A stretch of 64,000 bases of DNA from Candidatus Bathyarchaeota archaeon (GCA_963780185.1 CAWABA010000011.1:32001-96000); one strand, 5' to 3'; positions 30,301 to 41,557 are shown, counted from the first letter of the stretch. Notes: a model not told the origin generated them from the letters alone. Translations and numbers: made by a program.

Positions 30301-30401
30301 TTCAAGCCCCAAAGCAAAAAAGCAACCCAAAACAAGCACCTCGAAAAACACCCTACCTAAGAAGGGGTCTACTATTTACAACAAAAAACAACCACAAAAA
30401 T
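30301..30401. repeat. Dispersed intergenic repeat modules (partial copy)
   Basis: AGGGGTCTACTATTTACAACAAAAAACAACCACAAA resembles 44765-44800; AAAGCAACCCAAAACA matches the 9.8-kb repeat on the minus strand. Confidence 0.6.
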
Positions 30402-30416
30402 GGAGCGAAAACTTGG

Positions 30417-31647
30417 TTATCGGAAAAGTCTCAAAGCAAAGAAGGCGATTAAGAAGACAACGGCTGTAATGATGAACATTGGAACGTAGTTCAGATGGAA
30501 TGCTAGATAGGGTCCGAGGAAGGCGCCCAAAGCTGCTCCTAAACTGACCATTCCGTCGAAAAGCCCTGCTTTTCCCTGAGGAATAACCTCCATCGAAAGG
30601 GAAATCATCATGATGTAGTACATGGCGTAGGCAAACCCGATGAAAATCAACAGGATACCCGTCATTATTTTAGGCTGAAAAGAAAACAAGATTACCCCGA
30701 CAAGAGAAAAAATAAGCACGCTTCGAAATAGGACATAACGCGGCATCTGTTTTCTTATATCCATCAAATGTGCTTGGCGACCAACCAGGAAATAACCTGT
30801 TGTTCCCCCAACCGAATTTAAAATGTAGGCGACGTAAACCCAGCTCGTTGACAAATGTAAACCGTCCCTGAGAAAGATGGGCAGGGGCGTGAAGAAGAGG
30901 CTGGTTGCAAGGGCAAACAAAACTATCGCTAGCGCGAACCCGGCGAAGCTTGTCTCCTTAAGTGAACCGTCCCAACGCAGCCCATCCATCAACTTGCCTG
31001 AACCTTCAAAGCCGCGGTTAGCGAAATCCATTTTTCTCTCGATGCCGACCAGACGCCGCTCAAAAATCATCAAAGGGTCAGCAATCAGAAGCACCGCCAG
31101 AACCAAAGCCAACACACTAAGACCGCTGCAGAGATAAAGCGTGTAAGTTGACAGGGCAGAGAAGCTAAGTGAAGATGCGAACAGAATTATCCCCATCGCT
31201 AAACCTACGATGGTGCCGATTTCGGTGATGCCTTCATAGAACCCGAAGGTTCTCTCCCAGTTGCTGCGGCTATAATGCTCGGTGACAAGCACGTTCTTAG
31301 GCGATTCATGCGCGACATGAAGCATCTGCATAGCCACATACAAACCGACAAACACAATCAGGTTCTGCGCAAAAGGAAGCGTCATCAGGAAAAGAATCGT
31401 TGCGATCGACGCAAATGAAAGAAGAATAAAGATTTTGTAGTGACGGGTGGCATCGCAGAGATACCCCCAAAGAAACGAGGCGGGAATCGAGCAGAAAATC
31501 GCGATGGAAGTCATGACGCCTAAAGCAAGTAAGCGGTCCGCCCAAGATGCTGGTATTCTTAAACGCCACGACATAGAGCGGTATGAAGACAGTTAGCAAT
31601 CCAAAAGCCATATCATGGAAGAAGAACCCTAACCGCCACATAGCCAA
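30417..31647 (-). CDS. MFS transporter (+1 indel near 31530)
   Basis: LWGYLCDATRHYK motif A-like, about 12 TMs when ORFs 31306-31647 and 30417-31574 are joined. Confidence 0.85.
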
Positions 31648-31790
31648 AACTGCACTCCTATGTTGGATTAAAGCTTTTGCCTACCCAACACTGAGACATT
31701 TAAAAAAGCTGCCATAGAGACGTTTCCCTCATAAATGCTTAATAGAGAGATAGCTCAAATTCATACTCCGCTGGAGAGTAAAATCAGCAA

Positions 31791-32183
31791 ATGGCAAAAT
31801 TCAAGATTATAGTTTCAGATCCCGAGGCAGGAACATCAAAAGTGGTAGAGCTAGAAGAAGCACGGGCAGCACCCTTCATCGGCAGAAGAGTCGGAGAAAC
31901 AATGGACGGCTCAATAGTTGACCTGCCAGCTCACAAAGTCCTAATAACAGGCGGCTCAGACAAAGACGGCGTTCCAATCAGAGGAAACGTCCACGGCGGA
32001 GTCCGAAGACGAGTAGTACTTAGCGGAGGAGCAGGCTTCACCCAGAATAAAAAGGGAGAAAGAAAACGCAAAACAGTCCGCGGCAGCACAATAACCGACG
32101 AAATCGCCCAAATCAACATGAAAATCGTCGAAAAACCAGGCGCAAAAGCCTCCGAAGCCAAGCCTAAACAACCCGCAAAATAA
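31791..32183 (+). CDS. rps6e: 30S ribosomal protein S6e
   Basis: FKIIVSDP, ITGGSDKDG, GERKRKTVRG, QINMKI. Confidence 0.97.
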   Translation: MAKFKIIVSDPEAGTSKVVELEEARAAPFIGRRVGETMDGSIVDLPAHKVLITGGSDKDGVPIRGNVHGGVRRRVVLSGGAGFTQNKKGERKRKTVRGSTITDEIAQINMKIVEKPGAKASEAKPKQPAK

Positions 32184-32273
32184 GCCGCAGTTTAGTAGAC
32201 TGCCATGCTTAAACCTTATAAACTTCCATAGTTCTTTCATAATTCATTAAATTTATTTAGAGAAGAGAAAAAC

Positions 32274-33527
32274 ATGAGTGAAGCGACAAAAGCCCTGCCT
32301 AAACAGCCAGAAGTCAACGTTGGCACAATAGGCCATGTAGACCACGGCAAAACAACTTTGGTGCAAGCGTTAACAGGCACATGGGCTTCCAGACACAGCG
32401 AAGAACTCAAAAGAGGCATCACCATCAAACTCGGCTACGCAGACATGCCGATCTACAAATGCCCCAAATGCGAACCGCCCAACAACTACACCCACAAACC
32501 TTACTGCGAAAAATGCAATTCACCTGCAGAATTTGTCCGAGCCATAAGTTTTGTTGATGCACCCGGACACGAAGCGTTGATGGCTACCATGCTCAGCGGC
32601 GCAGCCATAATGGATGGCGCAATCCTCGTGATCGCAGCTGACGAACCCTGCCCTCAACCACAGACAAGGGAGCATCTTGCAGCCGCGGAAGTCAGCGGAA
32701 TCAAAAACCTGATTATTGTACAGAACAAAATTGACATTGTAGACCAGAAAAGAGCAATGGAAAGCTACAATGAAATCAAAAACTTCATCAAAGGCACCGT
32801 CGCTGAAAAAGCACCCATCATCCCGATCTCAGCTCAAAGAGGCATAAACATCGATGTACTGCTTAACGCCATTGAAACAATAATACCCACGCCTAAAAGA
32901 GACGAAACCAAACCGCCGCTCATGTACATTATTCGCTCCTTCGACATTAACAAGCCTGGAACAACCATCGACGGCTTAGAAGGCGGCATCATCGGCGGAA
33001 CAATAGCTCAAGGAAAATTCGTTGTTGGAGAAGAAATAGAAATCCGCCCCGGCATCAGCGTTGAAAGAGAAGGCAAAACCTTCTATGACCCGCTTATCAG
33101 CGAAATAGTTAGCCTGCATGCGGGTGACCAAACCGTGAAGGAAGCTACATGTGGAGGACTGGTCGGGGTAGGAACTTTGCTTGACCCATCTTACTCAAAA
33201 GCGGACGGCTTAACAGGAAGCATCGCGGGAAAAGTTGGATTGCTTCCGCCGACGCTAACAGAGCTCACCTTAGAAACCCATGTGTTGGAGCGGGCAGTGG
33301 GAACAAAAGAGCTGTTGAAGGTTGAGAAGTTCAATCCTGACGAGCAACTTTTGCTTCACATCGGAGCCGCAGTGAACGTTGGCAAAATCATCTCCATAAA
33401 ACAAAACGTGATAAAAGTAAAGCTGACGAGACCGATCTGTGCATTGCCAGGTTCACGAGTTGCCATAAGCAGAAAAATCACGTCGCGTTGGAGACTTATT
33501 GGACACGGTCTAATAGTTGCGAAGTAG
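32274..33527 (+). CDS. eif2g: Translation initiation factor aIF2 gamma
   Basis: GHVDHGKTT, RGITIKLGY, DAPGHE, QPQTREHL, NKID, WRLIG. Confidence 0.98.
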   Translation: MSEATKALPKQPEVNVGTIGHVDHGKTTLVQALTGTWASRHSEELKRGITIKLGYADMPIYKCPKCEPPNNYTHKPYCEKCNSPAEFVRAISFVDAPGHEALMATMLSGAAIMDGAILVIAADEPCPQPQTREHLAAAEVSGIKNLIIVQNKIDIVDQKRAMESYNEIKNFIKGTVAEKAPIIPISAQRGINIDVLLNAIETIIPTPKRDETKPPLMYIIRSFDINKPGTTIDGLEGGIIGGTIAQGKFVVGEEIEIRPGISVEREGKTFYDPLISEIVSLHAGDQTVKEATCGGLVGVGTLLDPSYSKADGLTGSIAGKVGLLPPTLTELTLETHVLERAVGTKELLKVEKFNPDEQLLLHIGAAVNVGKIISIKQNVIKVKLTRPICALPGSRVAISRKITSRWRLIGHGLIVAK

Positions 33528-33532
33528 ACGCA

Positions 33533-33970
33533 TTATTCTACTGGTTTTATTATTCCTTTTTTCTTGATGAAATCATGCGCCTTTTGCAGCACGTCTTTAG
33601 AGTTCTTGAAACTTAACTTCTCCAAGGCATGCGCGTAATCAAGCCAAATGTAACCCACATGTTCAAAAGACAACTCTACCTTATCGGTGAAAGCCTCCAT
33701 AACAAAGAAAACAACCTCTTTATGGATAGTTAAGCCCTGACGCCTATAGAAGTAAGCGATAGCTTCCCTGAAGTCATCTATGAACTGCGCTCCAGTTATG
33801 CTTGTTTCTTCTTGCAGTTCACGCACAACCGTCTGTTTCTCGTTTTCGTTAGCTTCCATGTTGCCTTTAACGAAATCCCAATGCCCAGCGGCATAATTCA
33901 AAAGCAGATATTTTGTGGCATCATCTTTCCTTATGAACACCACTGCGCCACAGGATTTCTCGCGAAGCAT
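33533..33970 (-). CDS. Nudix hydrolase (Ap4A hydrolase-like)
   Basis: SCGAVVF, GHWDFVKG..E..RELQEET, LSFEH. Confidence 0.93.
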   Translation of the reverse strand: MLREKSCGAVVFIRKDDATKYLLLNYAAGHWDFVKGNMEANENEKQTVVRELQEETSITGAQFIDDFREAIAYFYRRQGLTIHKEVVFFVMEAFTDKVELSFEHVGYIWLDYAHALEKLSFKNSKDVLQKAHDFIKKKGIIKPVE

Positions 33971-34128
33971 GCATTCACCTAACCGCTGGTCAATTCACCT
34001 GTTCAAGGTATTTAAGTTAATTGTTAATTCAGGAGCATGTTAAGCAAACCCGATCAAAGCAAGCCAAGTGAACACAATGTTTTAAGCAGGCAAAAAGCAA
34101 TCTTTTCAGGAGCCGGGAGCTGCGCCAT

Positions 34129-34551
34129 TTGTCAAATTCACCCAAATCAAAAGAACCGTTGAAGGTTATTTTAGATTCAAACGCGCTTTTTGTCCAACTC
34201 GAATTGAAAATAGACGTCTTTGAGGAAACAAAACGCCTGCTAAACAGAAATCTTGATTTTATTCTGCTCTCGCCCGTGAAACAGGAGCTTGAGCTGCTTG
34301 CAGCCAAGGATTCGCCTAAAACACGTAGGGAAGCCATTTACGCTTTGAAGCTTGCCGAGAAATGCAGGTATGTTACGGTGGAAAACTCTGAAAAATTGTC
34401 GATTGACGATGTTATTGTTAAAGTTTCTAAAGCTTGGAATTCACCTGTGTTTACCAATGATAGGCAGCTGCGGAAGAGGCTAAAAGATATAAGTGTGCCA
34501 GTGATTTATGTGAGACAAAAATCGCGCCTAGATATTGACGGATTGATATAA
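34129..34551 (+). CDS. PIN-domain protein (Utp24/Fcf1-like)
   Basis: VILDSNAL, VKQEL, IDD, FTNDRQLRKR; conserved position before rpo7. Confidence 0.9.
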   Translation: MSNSPKSKEPLKVILDSNALFVQLELKIDVFEETKRLLNRNLDFILLSPVKQELELLAAKDSPKTRREAIYALKLAEKCRYVTVENSEKLSIDDVIVKVSKAWNSPVFTNDRQLRKRLKDISVPVIYVRQKSRLDIDGLI

Positions 34552-34555
34552 AACT

Positions 34556-35143
34556 ATGTTTAAGCTCATAACTCTTCAGGACACTATCCGCATTCCTCCA
34601 GAAACCTTCGGCAACCCACTGGAAAAGGTAGGCCGTGAACAGGTAAAACAGAAGTATGAAGGCGTCGTCGACGAGGAATTAGGATACGTCATTGCAGTCA
34701 CAAGCATTGAAGTGAGCCCTATAGGAAAAATAATCCCAGGCGACGGAGCAACCTACCACAAAGTATCATTCTCCTTACTAACATTCTACCCAGTTATTCA
34801 GGAAATCGTGGAAGGCGACGTAGTAGAAATCGCAGATTTCGGAGCTTTCCTACGCATAGGACCAGTAGATGCCCTACTGCACGTGTCACAACTCATGGAT
34901 GACTACATCTCCTACGACGAAAAACAAGGAGTGCTACTGGGAAAAGAAAGCAAAAGAAAGCTAACCTCAGGCGACCAAGTCAGGGTAAGAATAACTGCGG
35001 TTTCGCTTGGACGCGCTGGAAGCTCAGGAAAGATCGGTGTTACAGCCAGGCAACCATTCTTAGGTAAGCTTGATTGGTTAAAGGAGCCACTTGGGCTGCC
35101 TGCGGAAAAGAAACCAGCGGAACCCAAAGAAAAAGCAGATTAA
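34556..35143 (+). CDS. rpo7: RNA polymerase subunit Rpo7 (E')
   Basis: IRIPP, IIPGDGATY, FGAFLRIGPVDALLHVSQ, RQPFLGK. Confidence 0.97.
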   Translation: MFKLITLQDTIRIPPETFGNPLEKVGREQVKQKYEGVVDEELGYVIAVTSIEVSPIGKIIPGDGATYHKVSFSLLTFYPVIQEIVEGDVVEIADFGAFLRIGPVDALLHVSQLMDDYISYDEKQGVLLGKESKRKLTSGDQVRVRITAVSLGRAGSSGKIGVTARQPFLGKLDWLKEPLGLPAEKKPAEPKEKAD

Positions 35144-35153
35144 ACAGGAGTGA

Positions 35154-35345
35154 TTGGGATTGAGTGAGAAAGCTTGCGCTAACTGTCATTTTATAACCAA
35201 AGAAAACGTCTGCCCAAAATGCAGGTCTACAAGTTTCAGCGAGGATTACAGCGGCTTAGTCGTTATGTTTGACCCAGATACCTCAGCTATCGCCAAAGCC
35301 ATGAACATTAAAGAAAAAGGCAGATACGCGTTAAAAGTACGCTAA
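35154..35345 (+). CDS. spt4: Transcription elongation factor Spt4 (RpoE'')
   Basis: ACANC..CPKC..SAIAK..GRYALKVR. Confidence 0.95.
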   Translation: MGLSEKACANCHFITKENVCPKCRSTSFSEDYSGLVVMFDPDTSAIAKAMNIKEKGRYALKVR

Positions 35346-35409
35346 ACAATTTTATGGTAGCACGCTAAACGGCTTAAGAGACCCCAATTCTTTGGGTCAC
35401 AAGGTTGAA

Positions 35410-35962
35410 ATGATGACTACAGAGTACACCATAACACCTGAGCTCAGAATCAAACTCAAAGAACCATTCGGCACCCTGATTCAAGGCACATTCGACGAAA
35501 CCATGAACCAAATGAAGAAGCTAGTTGAAAAAGAGAAGCCGCCAAAAATAATTTCTGTGGGAGACGTAGTTTCCCTCAACCTTCATGAACACAACATTCA
35601 TCCGCAGCTTACAATTATCGACAACAAATCCCTCAGAAACCAAACAATGCCGGAAAGGGCAAAGGTCGAAAAAACTGTCTGTGTCATTAACCCTCAGGGA
35701 ACGATAACTAAAGAAGCAGCTGCGGCAGTCAAGGAAGCCATAGATGCAAACGAGCACACGCATATCGTTGTTGACGGCGAAGAAGATTTGCTTACGCTAA
35801 TCGCTGTTTTGTATGCACCAGAAAAAACGTTAGTGGTTTACGGACAACCTTACAAGGGCATTGTTGTCGTTAAGGTTACAGCGGAGAAAAAGGCCGCACG
35901 TTGAAAAACTCTTAAAATCCATGGAACCCTTAGAAAAGCTAAATAGGAAGAAAACTGTTTGA
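35410..35962 (+). CDS. GTP-dependent dephospho-CoA kinase (DUF359); probable +1 indel near 35895
   Basis: LKEPFG, SVGDVV, NPQGTIT, VDGEEDLL, YGQP; the shifted frame gives a C-terminal helix HVEKLLKSM. Confidence 0.88.
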
Positions 35963-35986
35963 ACTAACCGCTTCAAGTGAACATTT

Positions 35987-36298
35987 ATGCAGATAAAAGT
36001 AGAAACAACCAAGGATAACCCGCTTCTGAAGCGAAGAGAAGTAGGCTTCACCATAATTCAGGGTCCAAAAGAGAAGACTCCGCCGAGGCTTCAAGTCAAG
36101 ACAGCTCTAGCCATGGAGATGAGAATTGGGGACGACGTGGTCTTCATCAAGAGGATGCATACAAAAACTGGAACAAACATCACAGTGGGAGACGCAAACG
36201 TTTACCAAAAAGCTGAACAGGCTAAACTAGTTGAGCCTGAATACATCCGCAAACGTAACAGTCCACCTGAGAAACCCAAAGAAGAGGCGACAGCATAA
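35987..36298 (+). CDS. rps24e: 30S ribosomal protein S24e
   Basis: NPLLKRREV, TPPR, EPEYIRKRN. Confidence 0.95.
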   Translation: MQIKVETTKDNPLLKRREVGFTIIQGPKEKTPPRLQVKTALAMEMRIGDDVVFIKRMHTKTGTNITVGDANVYQKAEQAKLVEPEYIRKRNSPPEKPKEEATA

Positions 36299-36583
36299 TG
36301 TCCAAGAAACCGCCAGTAGCAAAGAAGGAAGAGGCGCCTAAGACAGCAGCAGCCAGCCGCAGAAGCAGCCGCGCCAGCGCCGGCAAAAAAGGCTGAGAAA
36401 GGAAAGCGGGAAAAGAAGCATAAAGAGGAAAAAGGCGTCAAAGCAATGTACAAAGTCGAAGGCGACAAAGTTTCCAGAGCACGCCCGACTTGCGAGCGGT
36501 GTGGACCAGGATACTTCATGGCAGACCACCATGACAGGTACACATGCGGTCACTGCGGCTTCACAAGGTACAAGCAGAAATAA
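36298..36583 (+). CDS. rps27ae: 30S ribosomal protein S27ae with a low-complexity N-terminal extension (+1 indel near 36343); absent from the ORF track
   Basis: Core from 36446: MYKVEGDKVSRARPTCERCGPGYFMADHHDRYTCGHCGFT. Confidence 0.93.
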
Positions 36584-36632
36584 GCAGTTTTAAATCCTGC
36601 TTGAACAATTAGGTTCCTTCTGATGACCCCTA

Positions 36633-37061
36633 ATGCTTAGAGTAAACGTTGTCATAACAAGCATTTCTGCTGAACGCTTCTGGGATATGAGGAAGCCTAT
36701 TCCGCCCATTCAAATCAACACCAACATCAATGTTGTCGGCATGGAAAAGAAGCAGGATGAATCTTTAGAAGTCCCGTTTGTTCTTTCAATCACCTTTAAC
36801 CCCTCAATCGCTCAAATGAGCCTGAAAGGAAACGCCTACGTCGCAGGCGAAAAAACCGAAGTCGACAAAGTCCTCAAAGACTACGACCAGAAGAAACCGC
36901 CAGCCCAAATAATAATCCAATCAATATCAAACGTCGTCTTCATCGAATCAGTACTCATATCAAGAATACTGAACATCCCGCCGCCAATCCCCCTACCTCA
37001 GATAGCTGAAACTGGGAAACCGCCAAGCTCCAAACCAGAAGGAAGAGACTACAGCGCATAG
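36633..37061 (+). CDS. Conserved-looking archaeal hypothetical protein (beta-rich, Pro-rich tail)
   Basis: 142-aa ORF; ITSISAER...LNIPPPIPLP. Confidence 0.8.
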   Translation: MLRVNVVITSISAERFWDMRKPIPPIQINTNINVVGMEKKQDESLEVPFVLSITFNPSIAQMSLKGNAYVAGEKTEVDKVLKDYDQKKPPAQIIIQSISNVVFIESVLISRILNIPPPIPLPQIAETGKPPSSKPEGRDYSA

Positions 37062-37233
37062 CAGCTTTCCGGGATAGTTATTTTTATTTTTTTCACCCCT
37101 TTCTAGCAACCTTGTTGTATCTCACCCTCCTTCGCGTGGCGTAGCATTCGGCTAATCGGGTTGAGCCTTGGTAGAGTCAAGATGGCGGCTAGATTTATCA
37201 GGAAGTATGTATACATTATGTATGGTGTTGGAA

Positions 37234-37461
37234 ATGGCAAGGCAGATTTCAGTCTCAAACGAAGTCTACGAACTACTCTTGGAAAGAAAAGGCAAGAAGA
37301 GCTTTTCAGAGGTAATCAAAGAGAGCCTCAGCCCAAAAGAAAAACGCGGAGACATCATGAAGTTAGCGGGCATCCTGAAAGAAGACAAAGAAGATCTTGA
37401 ACAGCTAAAAAAACAGATAGAAGCCGAAAGAGAAGCAAATTACGGAAGGAAATTTGAGTGA
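37234..37461 (+). CDS. vapB: VapB-type antitoxin (DUF217-like), copy 1
   Basis: RQISVSNEVYELL..KKSFSEVI; GTGA overlap with the PIN toxin. Confidence 0.88.
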   Translation: MARQISVSNEVYELLLERKGKKSFSEVIKESLSPKEKRGDIMKLAGILKEDKEDLEQLKKQIEAEREANYGRKFE

Positions 37462-37832
37462 CGCTTCTCGATACAAGCGTCATAATAGATTACTTAGCAG
37501 GCGACCAAAAAATTGTCGCTTTAGTAAAAGAAATCTTGACTAAAGAAGATGCCAAGACTACAACCATAACCGAATATGAGTTGCTCAGGCACAAGTCAAG
37601 AATAAGGAAACAAGCCGCTGAACGATTTCTATCCAGCGCGACAGTCTACGTATTTGACAGAGCAGCCGCCAAAGAGTCAGCAACTCTCTTTCAAGAACTG
37701 CAAGATTCGGGCAAAATGATAAATGAAAATGACATACTTATCGCTGGCATCGCCCTGGCTTATGGCGAAGTGTTGCTGACAAGAGACCGAAAACTCGCCA
37801 GCATAGGAAAAGCCAACATAAAAATCATCTAA
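37458..37832 (+). CDS. vapC: VapC PIN-domain toxin
   Basis: LLDTSVIIDYL, ITEYEL, NDILIAGIA, LLTRD. Confidence 0.95.
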   Translation: MTLLDTSVIIDYLAGDQKIVALVKEILTKEDAKTTTITEYELLRHKSRIRKQAAERFLSSATVYVFDRAAAKESATLFQELQDSGKMINENDILIAGIALAYGEVLLTRDRKLASIGKANIKII

Positions 37833-37881
37833 TTACCAGCCGCATCGTTTGGGAGGCTGGTGTGTGGGTTGTAACCCGCCT

Positions 37882-38002
37882 TTACAGGAACCCTTGAATC
37901 TTTTGGCAACAGCATCCGCAATTTTTAGTTCCACGGAAAAAGAAAACCGCCGACCCCCAAACCAGAAGGAAGAGACTACAGCCAATAGCTGCCCTTTTAG
38001 AT
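37882..38002. repeat. Duplication junction: diverged copy of the radical SAM 3' end (minus) fused to a copy of the 36633-37061 3' end (plus)
   Basis: 37882-37946 encodes FSFSVELKIADAVAKRF.GFL* (cf. FSFPIELKLADAVARRSKGFL* at 43106-43172); 37957-37982 identical to 37030-37055. Confidence 0.88.
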
Positions 38003-38146
38003 AGCAATTTCTTTCGTTTTTTTTTCACTTACATTAACCACTATTTTACAGCCTTGTTGCCATTTTAGGGTTAATTTTTTGGGGAAATATAAAAAAGCGG
38101 GCTAGATTTTATCTGGAACGCACGTATACATTACGTATGATTATAG

Positions 38147-38380
38147 ATGACACGACAGATTTCAGTCTCAAACGAAGTCTACGAACTACTCCTAAAACGA
38201 AAAGGCAAAAAAAGCTTCTCCCAAGTCATAAAAGAAAGCCTCACCTCAACCGAAAAGAAAACCAACATAATGAAATTCGCCGGAATCATGAAGGACGAAA
38301 AAGAAAAACTTGAACAACTAAAATTGCAAATTGCCGCTGAAAGAGAAGATAATTACGGCAGACCATTTGAAGAGGAATAG
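38147..38380 (+). CDS. vapB: VapB-type antitoxin, copy 2
   Basis: Close paralog of 37234-37461. Confidence 0.88.
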   Translation: MTRQISVSNEVYELLLKRKGKKSFSQVIKESLTSTEKKTNIMKFAGIMKDEKEKLEQLKLQIAAEREDNYGRPFEEE

Positions 38381-38384
38381 CCCG

Positions 38385-38465
38385 TTAATAGATACAAGTG
38401 TTATAATCAATTTCATCGCAGGAGACGAAAAGCTTGTTTCATCAGTAGAAGAACTCTCCAGCTAA
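38385..38465 (+). pseudogene. vapC: Truncated vapC remnant
   Basis: LIDTSVIINFIAGDEKLVSSVEELSS*, no start codon, remainder deleted. Confidence 0.8.
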
Positions 38466-38625
38466 ATCGTTGGAAAGGTTTTCTGTTGAGTTGTAACTCC
38501 TTAGGGCTTAGTAAATTTACTTGTTCATTTTGTTCAATTAGTCTCACTGTTTATAATTGATCTGGCGTAATTAAGCGTCGAAAAAAATCTCTTGAAGTTT
38601 AGCGATCAACTATTTGTCTGCGAGT

Positions 38626-39612
38626 TTACAAACTTTCTACTTTTTTGAAGTCATGTTCTTTTTCTAAAGTGCCTTCATCGAAAAACCGAAACATTGAGCT
38701 TTCCAGATAGCAGCTTTCCAACTCGATACTTAGCCATTGGCGATTCCATTTTTCGGCGGCTTCTCCGGTTACATTGCTACCGGCAAATGGGTCTAAAACT
38801 ACATCACCTTGGTCTGTCAAAAAATTAATAAAAAATTCAGGCAGTTGAATAGGAAAACGAGCTGGATGAGGTTTCACTCCGTATTGCCTACATAGCTTTG
38901 AGTATTTACTATTCGATTCTGTATTGGAGTATTGTAGGAGATTATCTGGTTCCTCAACGTTTGAAAAATCTAAGAGATTGGCAGGAATAGAGCCACCCTG
39001 CCCATTGTAAAAATTGTCAGAAATTTTGTATCCCGATGGTCTCAAAGCATTTGGCTTGTAATAGTTTTTATCGCCCAAAAGCATTTGCATTGATTTACTA
39101 TACTGCCTTAGCACTCGCCTATTATCTGCTTTGGGATTGGGTGTTTTTGATAGCCAAAAAATTTGGTCAACTGCATCCTTCAATCTCAATCCTTTAACGG
39201 TAACATATTGAACAGGTGACGGCAACTTCGCTTTATTAAACCAGTAAATATCTTGGTCAAGATAAAATCCTAGCTCAGAGCACATGCGTAATAAAAGCTC
39301 GTATTGGTACAAGTTTTTTGTCGGGGTGCCCTTAGTCCAACTACCGCCTATATCTATTACAATGCTTCCGTCATCTTTAATGATTCTTTTGAATTCCTTG
39401 GCGAAGGGCATAAACCATTCAACATATTCATCAGGCGCCTTGTTACCATATTCTTTTTTCTTCTGCAGGGCAAAAGGGGGGGAGGTCATAATTAATTGAA
39501 TGCTATCAGATTCAAGGTCTTTCATAAGGTCTAAGGAGTTACCAACGAATGCGGCACCCAGTTCAGTACTGTAAAGAGGTGTAGAAGCGCCTATTTTTTT
39601 GAGAATGCTCAT
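38626..39612 (-). CDS. Beta-class N4/N6 DNA methyltransferase, M.PvuII-like
   Basis: TSPPFALQKKKEYGN, WFN.AKLPSP, HPARFP, VLDPFAGS. Confidence 0.93.
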   Translation of the reverse strand: MSILKKIGASTPLYSTELGAAFVGNSLDLMKDLESDSIQLIMTSPPFALQKKKEYGNKAPDEYVEWFMPFAKEFKRIIKDDGSIVIDIGGSWTKGTPTKNLYQYELLLRMCSELGFYLDQDIYWFNKAKLPSPVQYVTVKGLRLKDAVDQIFWLSKTPNPKADNRRVLRQYSKSMQMLLGDKNYYKPNALRPSGYKISDNFYNGQGGSIPANLLDFSNVEEPDNLLQYSNTESNSKYSKLCRQYGVKPHPARFPIQLPEFFINFLTDQGDVVLDPFAGSNVTGEAAEKWNRQWLSIELESCYLESSMFRFFDEGTLEKEHDFKKVESL

Positions 39613-40376
39613 TATTGACCTGCCGTTGGGTTAAGTTCAGATGCATTCCGTTTGATTAAACGCGATGTTACTTTGTCGATATGGCAAGATAACAAACCTT
39701 TTCTTAAAACCTCCGAAACGCACTTTTCTAATTTATCGTGTGACCATTCTTTGGAAAGGTCGCCATATTTACCAGGCAACTTGAGATAGGAACAAAACTC
39801 ATCGAAGTGTTCACTTATTTCTGCCAAACGCACCGCTTCAAAACTCGAAATACAGCCAAAAGAAATCCCGAAAAAAGATGCTAACATATGTGCAGATGCC
39901 AGCAAGTCTCCGTCGTCACTTAAAATGAACGGTTCATAGTGAGTCTTCAAGCGAATCCAATAAGCGTTTGCTAAAAGATTTATGTCAGTAGTTGAAATTC
40001 CAGAATCCAATTTCTTTAAAACTTTAGTCAGAGTTTCTGATTCTGTCTCAATTTCTGACAACGCTACATTCAGCCCGTCTGAGAACTTTTTTAGAAAAGC
40101 GTGATAAACATCATTATCAAGGTCAATTTTTGCTTTCCAAGCCATTAATGCAGCCGTGTCCAATTTTCTGTTTCTATTTAGCTTTGATTTGATGTTTTCC
40201 GATACCATATCTGTGGCGAGGAACACTCCGATTTTAGTTCCAATCTGCTCAAGCGCACCTACATCAATTTTAAGCTTTATCCACATCTCATATACGGTTT
40301 CGTCTGAGATAATTACGACTGTCCGCTTAAGTTTTTCAGGATTAGTATAACTTGATTGCTGGGCTATTTTTTTCAC
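39612..40376 (-). CDS. Hypothetical protein with PIN-like acidic motifs
   Basis: VIISDETVYE, ISTTDINLLANA, FILSDDGDL; translationally coupled to both neighbours. Confidence 0.65.
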   Translation of the reverse strand: MKKIAQQSSYTNPEKLKRTVVIISDETVYEMWIKLKIDVGALEQIGTKIGVFLATDMVSENIKSKLNRNRKLDTAALMAWKAKIDLDNDVYHAFLKKFSDGLNVALSEIETESETLTKVLKKLDSGISTTDINLLANAYWIRLKTHYEPFILSDDGDLLASAHMLASFFGISFGCISSFEAVRLAEISEHFDEFCSYLKLPGKYGDLSKEWSHDKLEKCVSEVLRKGLLSCHIDKVTSRLIKRNASELNPTAGQ

Positions 40377-41557
40377 CTATTTACCGAGCTTTTCGGTAAG
40401 CTGTTTCATGACTTCATCGGAATACAGCGTGTTATTCTGTTTTTTATATATTGTCGAATCAATTACCAGTCTTTCAGGTTGTTTAGCTACCGCATAAGAA
40501 TCAACGAATATCTTCATCATTTCGCTGTTAATCATTCTAAATGTGAGACTGCTTCCTAAAAGTGGTGATCAGTGAGTCGGCGATACCAGAAATAACTTCT
40601 TGAGTTAGCACTGTATAGGGATCAACCTTACATCGCTTTGAGATACACTCGTAGATATATTCTCTAACTACTTCGGCGGTCTTGACATAGGAAAATTCGA
40701 TCTTGTCCTTGATTCTCGTCAGAAAAGCTTCTTGTAGCAGATCTTCTACGTTTGCGAATGAAGCAAGAGTAAATATCAAGAACATTGTCCAATCATTAGG
40801 AATCTTTTCATGCATTTTTCTCAGAAAATCGCTTATCATAAATCGCTCTGTGGCAGTAGCGCGGGAGAGATTTTCAAGCTCATCAATTGAAATAACAACC
40901 CTTGAGAATCTCTTGGCAAGAATAATGACAAGAATTCTCATAATCTCGACCATGTCGTCAGTATCGCTTAGTTTTCCAATTTTACTCTTGCCTTGAGTTA
41001 AGAAATTGTATCCATCTATGTCCTCAAGAGGAGCAATCAGTAATTCACCACCGATCGAGGGATGAATGTTGCTCTTAATATCGCGAAAAGCTTTCCTGAT
41101 GTTGCCTTCGCCCAAATCTTTCTGAGCACATAATATCTTCAATAGCAGCTGGTCTTTTTTAATTTCTGCAAAACAAGATTCGACCATTTTTCTATGCAAA
41201 GAAAGTGTTAATTCTCCCGTTCTTCGAGGCACTATAGCTGTAATACGAAAATTAAATGTTTCAATTTGTGGTTTGTCTAGCACATTAAAAATTGTTTTTT
41301 GTACGTCCGAATTGGCCAAATATTGTATAGCGAATGTTTTCCCAACCCCTGCGGGACCATATAATACATAAATAAAGGGTGAAGCAAACATTACAGAATC
41401 CAATTGTACTCTAACCATTTTTTCCCAAACTGCATGGTTATCTGCCCAATAATCCACTGAAACTGGTGGGTCTAGCGGAAACGGATCTTTATCCCTTAGG
41501 TAACCCCAAAGCATTCAAGGCATGGTTATATTTTTCCCTTTGTTGCTCATCAGACAT
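40377..41557 (-). CDS. P-loop (AAA+-like) ATPase, ~392 aa (two +1 indels near 41505 and 40560)
   Basis: Walker A GPAGVGKT, Walker B VVISIDELE, AFLTRI; the repaired frame exactly fills the gap between the stop at 41558 and the GTG at 40376. Confidence 0.85.

Noticed and set aside
23564-30400. Integrated element at tRNA-Leu
   Set aside because: No duplicate of the tRNA-Leu 3' end and no integrase were found by eye.
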